From a virus (taxonomy: Duplodnaviria > Caudoviricetes), in the IMG/VR virus record IMGVR_UViG_3300042328_002052, positions 1-57,886 of that record: DNA of 57,886 nucleotides. One strand, 5' to 3'. This document shows, in pieces, positions 24,723-32,107 of the stretch. Every line of letters begins with the position of its first letter. The first letter of the stretch is position 1. The translations under genes and the position numbers were made by a program. Below the pieces are notes generated by a model that saw nothing but the letters and a program-made list of their open reading frames with translations, ran no database searches and was not told where the DNA came from.

Positions 24723-24778
24723 AGGTAGCACAAGAGGCTTTGAACCTCTTTGTCTTGGTTCGAATCCAAGCTGAGGAA
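24708..24778 (+). tRNA. tRNA-Gln(UUG)
   Basis: AGAGG-CTTTGAA-CCTCT; TTCGAAT; overlaps the last 15 nt of the SpoU gene. Confidence 0.9.
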
Positions 24779-24791
24779 CTAGGAGATTATT

Positions 24792-25043
24792 ATGAAACCA
24801 GTTGGCAAATGGATATTGGCTAAGTCTTTGATCGGTGGTCAAAAGACCACTGATGCAGGAATCATCTACAATGAAAAGTCTACTTCAAAAATTATTCCCG
24901 CAAAGGTAACTGCTGTCGGTGATAAGCTGACAGAAGACATTCAGGTTGGAGATATCGTTTGGTGGGATGTATCCAAGATTAAAGATGGATATGGAGATTG
25001 TCACGTAGTCCATCAAGATTGGGTTTCATTCGTAGAGAGATAA
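24792..25043 (+). CDS. GroES-like co-chaperonin
   Basis: MKPVGKWIL..KTTDAGII..AKVTAVG..IQVGDIV pattern; AGGAG upstream. Confidence 0.75.
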   Translation: MKPVGKWILAKSLIGGQKTTDAGIIYNEKSTSKIIPAKVTAVGDKLTEDIQVGDIVWWDVSKIKDGYGDCHVVHQDWVSFVER

Positions 25044-25049
25044 AAGAAA

Positions 25050-25073
25050 CAACCCCGAACTTCTCGGGGTTGT
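25050..25073. terminator. hairpin between convergent genes
   Basis: ACAACCCCGA-ACTTC-TCGGGGTTGT. Confidence 0.65.
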
Positions 25074-25102
25074 CGGACCTGAGATGCTATCTCAAGTGGG
25101 GT

Positions 25103-25846
25103 TTATCTTTCTTTACGACCAGATTTTCCGAGATCATAGTCTGTTGGGGGAAGTCTCTTTCCTCCCATATTTAAACCACGCTCTGCAGCAGTATTAATTC
25201 TGCTGAATGCATCTGGTCTTGCTCCTCTTTGTGAGAAGAATCCGGGGCCTTCTGCAGCACGTGCTGCTTGAGCAGCTGCGATTTGAGCTTGAGTTTCTGG
25301 GTGCTGACGAATGCTATCTTGCATAGCGGCAATCTTAGATTTCATTGCTCGTCCAGCCATAGTGCCACTCCAACGTGAATCAGAATCGCTTAAGTCTGAT
25401 TCTGCTTGAGCAAATTCATCTTGCATTTTTTCAAGACTTGCTTGTAGTTCTGCCAAGCTATCTGGTTGTGTTGCAATTTTTTCATCTGCTGGCTTCGAAT
25501 CATCGGAATCATTGAATTGCCCGACTACACCGCCCTCGTTTAATTTGCGGAGAGTCAAAGCAAGGCGAGCTCTCTTTCCTGTCTTACCACCCTTTTCAGC
25601 AGCCTTTTTAAGTTTGGAAACAGGAATGGTCTTGCCTTCCTTGGTCTTCATAGTCTTGCGAAGAGCGCCCTCTTTCTTAATGGCCTTTTGAATCCACTTC
25701 TTCTTCTCAAGAAGAACAGATTCATTTAGCTCATAGTCTTCTCCTTCGACAAGAGCTTCAATAAGGGCTTCAGCGACATCTAATTCTTCTGTAAGAGCTT
25801 CGATGCGTTTTACTAGTTCGTTTAAGTGATTGATATATGGATCCAT
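25103..25846 (-). CDS. putative virion protein with KKWIQKAIKKxGALR basic module
   Basis: Coiled-coil N-terminus, LxE sites, module KWIQKAIKKEGALRK..RARLALTL. Confidence 0.75.
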   Translation of the reverse strand: MDPYINHLNELVKRIEALTEELDVAEALIEALVEGEDYELNESVLLEKKKWIQKAIKKEGALRKTMKTKEGKTIPVSKLKKAAEKGGKTGKRARLALTLRKLNEGGVVGQFNDSDDSKPADEKIATQPDSLAELQASLEKMQDEFAQAESDLSDSDSRWSGTMAGRAMKSKIAAMQDSIRQHPETQAQIAAAQAARAAEGPGFFSQRGARPDAFSRINTAAERGLNMGGKRLPPTDYDLGKSGRKER

Positions 25847-26274
25847 TATTTGTCCTTACCTAATTTTGGAAAACCACCAAAAGTCAATGATTCAGAAAGT
25901 TGGATCTTTGTTCCACTATCTTTCAGACCTTTAGTTGTATCTGCTTTTTTACCACCAATTACATTGGCGACATTCTCTACGATTGGAGAATTCTTGTTGA
26001 TTGAATTGCTCAAGCATCTGATACCGGGACTGTTGGATGTATAATTTCCCCCAACACGGTCAAGTGCCTCTTCAATCTTCTTGCCCTTCTTCTTTGCGAT
26101 AGCTTTCTTGATGGCCTTGTCTCTTGAACCAAAGTATTCCTCGGTTCCAGATTCAACCTCGCCATCACCATCGTAATCCTTTGCAGCCTTTTTGGATTTC
26201 TTTAGTTCTTTTTCCAAAAGATCTATGCGTTGCAATAGATTTTCTAGGATTTCTTGATAATTTTTGTCGTCCAT
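25846..26274 (-). CDS. putative virion protein with DYDGDGEVES..EY.GSRDKAI module
   Basis: EF-hand-like DxDGDG motif; TAAATA upstream. Confidence 0.75.
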   Translation of the reverse strand: MDDKNYQEILENLLQRIDLLEKELKKSKKAAKDYDGDGEVESGTEEYFGSRDKAIKKAIAKKKGKKIEEALDRVGGNYTSNSPGIRCLSNSINKNSPIVENVANVIGGKKADTTKGLKDSGTKIQLSESLTFGGFPKLGKDK

Positions 26275-26278
26275 AGTA

Positions 26279-27136
26279 TTATTTAGAGTTTTTTAAGCTC
26301 AATCTTTCGTCCTGTTTTTGTTTGACATAATCGTTAATTTTATCAAAGTAACCCAAATTTCTGAGTTCCTTGAACACTAAATTTTCTACTGAAAACTCTC
26401 CAGACTTCTTAAGTCCAGCGGATCTCATATTCTTGAACTTCTTCTTCATTTTTTCAAAAGATTCATCATTTGCATTTGAACTTATTAAATTTTCAATCTT
26501 TTGAATATAATCGCTTACTTTGACTTTAATCTCCGGGTCATCAAGGTTTACTTCTTCGTGTCTGGGTTCATTCAGCCACTCGTCTCTGGTAAGACTATAA
26601 GAACCTTGATTTGCCGGTGTTGTCTCTGAAATGTCTTGAGCGTAGATTTCTACATCATGATCAAAAATTTTAATATCGTGTGATTGCGCCCACAACTGCT
26701 TTTTATCTTTCAAAAATTCATCAAGAATGTCAGGGCAATCTGCAATCTTATCTTTATCGACAAGAATGTGGAGATCTATGTCTGAAAATGGTGTGTAGTT
26801 ATAGTTTGCGTTTCCGCCAACTACAATAACATCTTCTATTGAATCTGTGGGAATTTTTGCAAATTTGGCCCAAACATCCGCAATCTGTAATAGTTTATTC
26901 TTTACGTCTTCGCGGAGTTTATTATTTTCCCAAAGCTTTGGATTTAATTCGTTGTGGTATTGCAGTGTAAGAGCTGTAGATTCATTGAAATGTTCTTTAA
27001 AGGTTTTTCTTTCCTTCTTTGAAATTTCAACAGCAGCAAGTTGCTTTACCGCATCTTGCTTGGTCTCATGTGTGCCCAAAACTTTTTTGCCAGATGAATC
27101 TCTGACTTCCCATTTATCACCGCGCTTTACGATCAT
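26279..27136 (-). CDS. Pol-beta-superfamily nucleotidyltransferase
   Basis: GGNANYNY..SDIDLH and DVEIY motifs; internal KTFKEHFNE; TAAATA upstream. Confidence 0.8.
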   Translation of the reverse strand: MIVKRGDKWEVRDSSGKKVLGTHETKQDAVKQLAAVEISKKERKTFKEHFNESTALTLQYHNELNPKLWENNKLREDVKNKLLQIADVWAKFAKIPTDSIEDVIVVGGNANYNYTPFSDIDLHILVDKDKIADCPDILDEFLKDKKQLWAQSHDIKIFDHDVEIYAQDISETTPANQGSYSLTRDEWLNEPRHEEVNLDDPEIKVKVSDYIQKIENLISSNANDESFEKMKKKFKNMRSAGLKKSGEFSVENLVFKELRNLGYFDKINDYVKQKQDERLSLKNSK

Positions 27137-27154
27137 GAAGATATTTATGGCAAT

Positions 27155-27480
27155 AAAAAACCCGGTTTTTCAGATGCGGGAAAACCGGGAAACCCCACTG
27201 CTTTAAGCAGCCATCCGCATTGGTGCGGCTTTTATATTTGCAACTGTTTATTTACGACACTTGTTACCCGTGTCGGGTATCTCCTTCTTCAATACTTTAC
27301 GACAGTCGAAGCCAGTTCAGCCCCTTAATGACCTGAAGCCTAGGACTTCAGGTCGTGCCCCGCTGCTACGAGGACTTGTCTCGCCGTCTCCAGAGGTTGC
27401 AGGGACTCTGGGTTAGGCTAATGGAGCCGAGGGAAATCGAATCCCTGTGTTGCCGTATTTCTATCCAAGATCAACAATAC
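27155..27480 (-). ncRNA. ssrA: circularly permuted (two-piece) tmRNA: acceptor piece about 27480-27422, intervening 27421-27325, coding piece 27324-about 27155
   Basis: The 3' half ACAGGGATTCGATTTCCCTCGGCTCCA lies upstream of the 5' half GGGGCTGAACTGGCTTCGAC. Acceptor stem has G3.U. P2 is TGTCGTA/TACGGCA and pk1 is ACCCG/CGGGT plus CGACAC/GTGTCG. Tag ANIKAAPMRMAA* at 27241-27203. Confidence 0.92.
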
Positions 27481-27493
27481 CAATATTATTTAG

Positions 27494-27575
27494 TGCGAGC
27501 AGGAGGATTCGAACCTTCGTAGGCGATGCCATCTGATTTACAGTCAGACCTCTTTGACCACTTGAGTATACTCGC
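27494..27575 (-). tRNA. tRNA-Tyr(GUA)
   Basis: TCTGA-CTGTAAA-TCAGA; long variable arm; TTCGAAT. Confidence 0.92.
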
Positions 27576-27579
27576 TAAA

Positions 27580-27720
27580 AACGGGCATTGAATCCTTTTT
27601 CCAAGGCCGATCAAGCCTTGGGAAGTATAGTGCTAGCCCTTCGCGTTCTTCTGAGGTATTCGCGCCCCACCTCTGATTGCTGCGGGGTATCAGTTATCCC
27701 TAAGCAGCTTTATAGATTAC
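27580..27720 (-). ncRNA. unknown structured RNA with two putative pseudoknots
   Basis: TTGACT/TATAGT promoter; GCTGC/GCAGC with CTGAT/ATCAG; GAGGT/ACCTC with CGCG/CGCG; CCAAGGC/GCCTTGG hairpin. Confidence 0.5.
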
Positions 27721-27748
27721 AGCCATACTATATATCACAATACCATGG

Positions 27749-27764
27749 AGTCAATTAATTGACT
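27749..27764. promoter_or_regulatory. palindrome AGTCAATTAATTGACT giving back-to-back -35 boxes
   Basis: Perfect 16 bp palindrome; would drive the RNA cluster leftward and the leaderless ORF 27793 rightward. Confidence 0.7.
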
Positions 27765-27792
27765 TGCTCTTTTTACAGGATATATTGTTGTC

Positions 27793-28146
27793 ATGGCTAA
27801 GAAGAAAAGAATAAAAACCGTACCATTCATCTTAAATGACTTTGATCTGGTATCATATCTTTTAGATGAAGATGATGAAAAGTTTAATAAGTCTTTAGAA
27901 GAGATGCCTTTTACTTTGCTTCTGCAAAATTATGCAGACTATTGTGAGGCCATTGGGTCTGTTGTCAAGGAAAGAAAATCAAATAACAAAGATCCACGAA
28001 TCAGCAAACTTTATGATCGTAAGTATTTGTTGGCCGATAGACTTAAATTGAAGATGTTTGATACTCAAGAAGAATCAAGTAGAGCAAATTATCATTACGA
28101 TAAAATTGCTGATGAGCACTGGGAATTAAAAAATAAATCAAAATGA
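27793..28146 (+). CDS. hypothetical protein
   Basis: TTGACT..TATATT-6-ATG. Confidence 0.7.
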   Translation: MAKKKRIKTVPFILNDFDLVSYLLDEDDEKFNKSLEEMPFTLLLQNYADYCEAIGSVVKERKSNNKDPRISKLYDRKYLLADRLKLKMFDTQEESSRANYHYDKIADEHWELKNKSK

Positions 28147-28349
28147 CAAACAAGGATCTTGAAGCTAAAATTTATGAGTTTGGTCAAATTTTGTACCGCC
28201 TTGGTCGCATGGAGACCGACGACAAAGCCAGCACAAAAGAATATAATAAACTTTGTAAAGAGCGAGAGGATTTGACAAAAGAATTTGACGAACACTTCAA
28301 ATCCCCAAACATGAATCGAAAACTGGCAAATGCTATGGGTTTAGTCTAG
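28143..28349 (+). CDS. hypothetical protein
   Basis: ATGA overlap. Confidence 0.65.
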   Translation: MTNKDLEAKIYEFGQILYRLGRMETDDKASTKEYNKLCKEREDLTKEFDEHFKSPNMNRKLANAMGLV

Positions 28350-28538
28350 AGAATCACCAAAAGTGGCTTTTATGACAGCATCAATATTTTGAATTTTAGA
28401 TCTGCTCAAATAATCCATAAGCTGCTTGCGGATTTCTTCTTTCCAAGAAGCCAGACCATCCTTTGAAGCATTTTGTGATGCACCAAAAGTTGTTTCAACA
28501 TTGTACACATTTCCTTCATTTATCTTATTTGACTTCAT
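28341..28538 (-). CDS. hypothetical protein
   Basis: 65 aa ORF with an INE site near the N-terminus. Confidence 0.5.
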   Translation of the reverse strand: MKSNKINEGNVYNVETTFGASQNASKDGLASWKEEIRKQLMDYLSRSKIQNIDAVIKATFGDSLD

Positions 28539-28565
28539 TGTTTAGCCTGCTATAATAGTTATATC

Positions 28566-28637
28566 GCGGCTGTAGTATAATGGCCATTACTCTAGCCTTC
28601 CAAGCTTGATATGAGAGTTCGATTCTCTCCAGCCGCA
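28566..28637 (+). tRNA. tRNA-Gly(UCC)
   Basis: Acceptor GCGGCTG/CAGCCGC; anticodon loop CTTCCAA; TTCGATT. Confidence 0.9.
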
Positions 28638-28640
28638 TTT

Positions 28641-28943
28641 ATGCCAAAACCACGTAAAACTTCTACTCAACCAAAGCGCAAGCCAAAAAAGCCCGAACCT
28701 GTAGTGGAAAAGGTTTATCCGGAGTATATTGAAAATTTTAAAAAGGAATTAAAGGAAAAAACTCCTTTTACTTTAAAAGTTGATCAATATTCCAAGGATG
28801 CCGCATACCATATTGGTGTTTTGGCAAAGCAAGGTAGAACACATAGGTGTATTTGGATGGTGGGATTTGCTACTGGCCCAGAATATACTAATCAATTTTG
28901 GACATCTCAGGCATACAAAGAATGGACTCAAAATCATACCTAA
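28641..28943 (+). CDS. hypothetical basic protein
   Basis: MPKPRK begins 3 nt after tRNA-Gly. Confidence 0.7.
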   Translation: MPKPRKTSTQPKRKPKKPEPVVEKVYPEYIENFKKELKEKTPFTLKVDQYSKDAAYHIGVLAKQGRTHRCIWMVGFATGPEYTNQFWTSQAYKEWTQNHT

Positions 28944-28952
28944 ATATTAGGT

Positions 28953-29420
28953 ATGATAATTGATTATAATTATAAAATTGATGCAAAAGGAGTAACCTTC
29001 GATGGTGCTACCTTTTATGTCTATACACCCGAAAAAACAAATAAGGGTTTCATTTATAGTATTAATACTTTTGGTAATTACCAAGATAGTGGTGGGTCTG
29101 ATGGTGTAGCGTATATATCGGAACTTGTATTTACTTCACCGGAAGGAAATGATGTTTCTATAAAAAATATATCCCCTACCACAATATTTTTAACTATAAA
29201 TGATTTTTTTGCTCAATTTTCTTTTCCTCAAACTTTTAATTCTAGTAGTTTTTATAGACAATTTCAATCTACTAGAATGGCGATAAATGCGCAACATGAT
29301 GTTTGTACTGTACCAATACAACTTAAAAAAGCTATAATTTCTACTGATGATACTACAACCTCAACCCCTACTATACCAGTAACTTGGTTATTTCCAGTTC
29401 AAATTTTTCCACTATATTAA
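28953..29420 (+). CDS. hypothetical beta-rich late protein
   Basis: TAAATA upstream; Thr/Ser/aromatic rich. Confidence 0.65.
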   Translation: MIIDYNYKIDAKGVTFDGATFYVYTPEKTNKGFIYSINTFGNYQDSGGSDGVAYISELVFTSPEGNDVSIKNISPTTIFLTINDFFAQFSFPQTFNSSSFYRQFQSTRMAINAQHDVCTVPIQLKKAIISTDDTTTSTPTIPVTWLFPVQIFPLY

Positions 29421-29421
29421 A

Positions 29422-29721
29422 ATGAGATCATATAAAAAAATAAAAAAATATAATGGAGGTTCTTTGTCAAAAAATAACAAAGGGCTATTGTTGATTCATA
29501 TTAGTAACATTAGTTCATCAACCGCATTATCTTTACCGTGCAACATACAAAATCCTGATGGATCTACATCCAATATTATTCCTGTTTTGTATCCGGTTAT
29601 AGATTCAAGCACCAATCTTCCTTTTTCTACACCAGCGGGAAATGGTTGGGCAATAATTCCATTCAATGTTCTTTCAATATCCGGTCTTACTAGCCAAGCA
29701 AACATTTATGAACTTTTTTAA
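29422..29721 (+). CDS. small paralogue (MRSYKK...YELF)
   Basis: Similar to the next gene. Confidence 0.7.
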   Translation: MRSYKKIKKYNGGSLSKNNKGLLLIHISNISSSTALSLPCNIQNPDGSTSNIIPVLYPVIDSSTNLPFSTPAGNGWAIIPFNVLSISGLTSQANIYELF

Positions 29722-29735
29722 GGATAAATAATAGT

Positions 29736-29993
29736 ATGAGAACTTTTAGAAAAATGAGAAAACTGGGATCATCTGGAACGGGTGCTACTGGTGGAAAAAA
29801 TAATGAAGCTGTTTTGGTACAAAATCCAACAGGGAGTACACAAACTGTAACATTGCAGTGTTTGGCACCAGATGGAAGTTTAGTTTCTGTTGGTCCATTA
29901 AATCTTCCAACAAATTCGATTACACTTTATCCATTTTTTACTTATGGGTTTACTGGCAGCACTGCTGCTCTAAATGTGTACGAACTATTTTAA
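29736..29993 (+). CDS. small paralogue (MRTFRK...YELF)
   Basis: Shares KNN, PDGS, PF and YELF with the previous gene. Confidence 0.7.
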   Translation: MRTFRKMRKLGSSGTGATGGKNNEAVLVQNPTGSTQTVTLQCLAPDGSLVSVGPLNLPTNSITLYPFFTYGFTGSTAALNVYELF

Positions 29994-29996
29994 AGT

Positions 29997-30203
29997 ATGC
30001 AAAGTGAAATTCGTTGTTTGATTACAAACGAAATTTTAAAACCAAAGCAGTGGTATTGGTATTCATGGGAAATGGATGCCGCAGTATCAGAAAAAGGTAT
30101 GGTAGAAATAGAAATTCGTCGTCATGATCCTGACGACGAATTTGCTAAGTTGTTGTGGGAAGAATGGCGTTGGAGTTCCCAAATAGGTCACATAGACCTT
30201 TAA
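29997..30203 (+). CDS. Trp-rich hypothetical protein
   Basis: 68 aa ORF in the operon. Confidence 0.6.
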   Translation: MQSEIRCLITNEILKPKQWYWYSWEMDAAVSEKGMVEIEIRRHDPDDEFAKLLWEEWRWSSQIGHIDL

Positions 30204-30814
30204 CGCTTTCCGCGCATCATTCTGTCAACAATACCTTCAATGCCTTCTTGTTCATCTTCTTGACGAGCGTAGTATTCGGCTTCCTGATCTTCTCTGTGTG
30301 CTGTTTCCTTGTCCTCTTCTGTTTCGTAACCAGCTTCTGCTCTGGCTTGTCTTGCAAGCTTTGTTGGTGGACGCATCAAGTTTGGATCAATTGGATTGTC
30401 TTCGTCTTCAATGTTATTATCTTTGGCATCTGCTGCAACGTCTTGAGCATCAACCTTACCATCACCAGTCATGTCTACTTGTGTTGGCATAGAATCCTTG
30501 GCCTTCTTAGCAGCCAAAATTTCTGCATAAATTTGAGCCGAGGTCTTCTTGACATCTCCAGCAAACTTTGGATCGATGTGGGGACCCTTTGGTGGTCTAC
30601 CCGGACCATCGGTGCTAGTCATGAGCTCTTGGTGGGTTTTTTCCAAATCAGCTGGGTTTACGCCAACTGGCTTGCCCTTTCCCAAACCAGATTGCAATGA
30701 TTCTTCAAGCATTGCTCTACCCTTAAAGTGAGCCTCTACAGATGCGGCCTTGAGGCTGTGAATCCACTGATAATAACCTTTATTATTCTTCATAAAATTA
30801 TTTAGACTTGACAT
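30200..30814 (-). CDS. putative virion protein with DxxGDGxVD motif
   Basis: DMTGDGKVDAQD EF-hand/dockerin-like loop; LEE site. Confidence 0.7.
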   Translation of the reverse strand: MSSLNNFMKNNKGYYQWIHSLKAASVEAHFKGRAMLEESLQSGLGKGKPVGVNPADLEKTHQELMTSTDGPGRPPKGPHIDPKFAGDVKKTSAQIYAEILAAKKAKDSMPTQVDMTGDGKVDAQDVAADAKDNNIEDEDNPIDPNLMRPPTKLARQARAEAGYETEEDKETAHREDQEAEYYARQEDEQEGIEGIVDRMMRGKR

Positions 30815-30843
30815 TGCTTCACTTTAAGGTATAATTAAATAAT

Positions 30844-30990
30844 ATGGAAGGTATACACGGTGCAGGTAAAGGTGACGCATATCGCCAAGTGAATTATGCA
30901 ACTTATTGTAAAAATTGGGATAAAATTTTTGGAAAGAAAGAAGCCCCCAAAAAGAAAAAAGGGCTTGACAATAACAAAAAAAAGAAGTAA
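30844..30990 (+). CDS. 48 aa phage peptide (GKGDxxR...NWDKIF)
   Basis: Manual translation MEGIHGAGKGDAYRQVNYATYCKNWDKIFGKK..; TTGACA..TATAAT promoter. Confidence 0.7.
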   Translation: MEGIHGAGKGDAYRQVNYATYCKNWDKIFGKKEAPKKKKGLDNNKKKK

Positions 30991-30998
30991 TATATAAC

Positions 30999-31172
30999 AT
31001 GCCTAATTCGAAACAACGTATTACAGCTCGTCGTCACAAGAAGCGAAAGGACCGTCTTGCACGGAACCGCGCTAATAGCCTCATGGAGGCAAAAGTTGGT
31101 ACACTTCGTGCGCTTGACGCGATTGGCCAACTCCCTAAGTCTGTCAAGCAAAAGAGATTGCCTAATGGCTAA
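30999..31172 (+). CDS. 57 aa highly basic peptide
   Basis: Manual translation MPNSKQRITARRHKKRKDRLARNRANSL..; TTGACA upstream. Confidence 0.65.
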   Translation: MPNSKQRITARRHKKRKDRLARNRANSLMEAKVGTLRALDAIGQLPKSVKQKRLPNG

Positions 31173-31464
31173 AACTGTCACTAATATGTCCTTATCCGAT
31201 GTTAGGAGCAAGTATGATAACATCGATTGCTTTTTTACCTACTATGATGGTGAAAAGTCTACGTTTGATTTCTATGGAACTAACGCTTCTGGGAATGAAG
31301 TTCGAATTTCCTTGGGTGGTTGTCCAGCGTGGATTCGTCATCTGTCATTTGGCCCAAACGACTCCTTAAATATCAGTGATGCTATTGAGCGTCATGTTCG
31401 TTACCTTTCCGTAACAGATAATCACGGTAAGGTAGTTTATGAACAATTCTTTGACACTAACTAA
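31165..31464 (+). CDS. hypothetical protein
   Basis: Start MAKTVT overlaps the previous stop. Confidence 0.7.
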   Translation: MAKTVTNMSLSDVRSKYDNIDCFFTYYDGEKSTFDFYGTNASGNEVRISLGGCPAWIRHLSFGPNDSLNISDAIERHVRYLSVTDNHGKVVYEQFFDTN

Positions 31465-31469
31465 AATAC

Positions 31470-31886
31470 ATGAATAACTCAGACTATAACGATTTTAAAA
31501 ATTGGCAAAACGATGGGGATGATGAAAACAATCCCCATAATCCACATGGATTTTTTTACTATGGGCCTGTCAATGACAAGTTCAAGAAGATGTGGAATCA
31601 AATCAATAACAATGAAGACTACATGGATTACATGAAGGATTATCTCAATATTGACGATATCATGAAGGAGGTCATGAATCCCATGAACAAAATGCCAAAA
31701 CCAAATAAACGAAATGAAAAGCCCAAGACAACTACCGTAAACTTTACACAAGATGAGTATATGAAGCTCATCGAAATTCGTGGTTATCTTGCTATTACCG
31801 AGCAGCATGCTCACGTAAAGGCATTGGATAAGGTCTTAAGCCAAATTACCATGCTTCCCCCAAATGATCCAAGGAGAGCAAAATGA
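31470..31886 (+). CDS. hypothetical protein
   Basis: 138 aa ORF in the operon. Confidence 0.7.
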   Translation: MNNSDYNDFKNWQNDGDDENNPHNPHGFFYYGPVNDKFKKMWNQINNNEDYMDYMKDYLNIDDIMKEVMNPMNKMPKPNKRNEKPKTTTVNFTQDEYMKLIEIRGYLAITEQHAHVKALDKVLSQITMLPPNDPRRAK

Positions 31887-32104
31887 GCAAGTATACTCCC
31901 GGTGAAGGTTATGATAAGGGATTTCAGTGTCGTATGAATGGAGGCCAGAAGCCTATTCAGGCAATGTCAGCAACAGACCCATACTGGCAAGAGTATTCAA
32001 CTGGCTGGAATGATGCTGATACAAAAATTATTAATGAGGCAAGAGATAGAAACTCTTGCACCAAGCCAAAGTGCTGTAAAAAGAAAAACTTTATTCAGGA
32101 CTGA
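31883..32104 (+). CDS. small protein with GYxxG...W..GW pattern (RMF-like, tentative)
   Basis: EGYDKGF..DPYWQEYSTGW; AAGGAG upstream. Confidence 0.55.
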   Translation: MSKYTPGEGYDKGFQCRMNGGQKPIQAMSATDPYWQEYSTGWNDADTKIINEARDRNSCTKPKCCKKKNFIQD

Positions 32105-32107
32105 TAA

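Noticed and set aside
27325-27421. HDV-like/theta or twister ribozyme call for the tmRNA intervening segment
   Set aside because: TCCTCG, CTAAC and CAAG occur, but I could not build the required P1-P4 or twister pairings in order, so it is left as an unknown motif.
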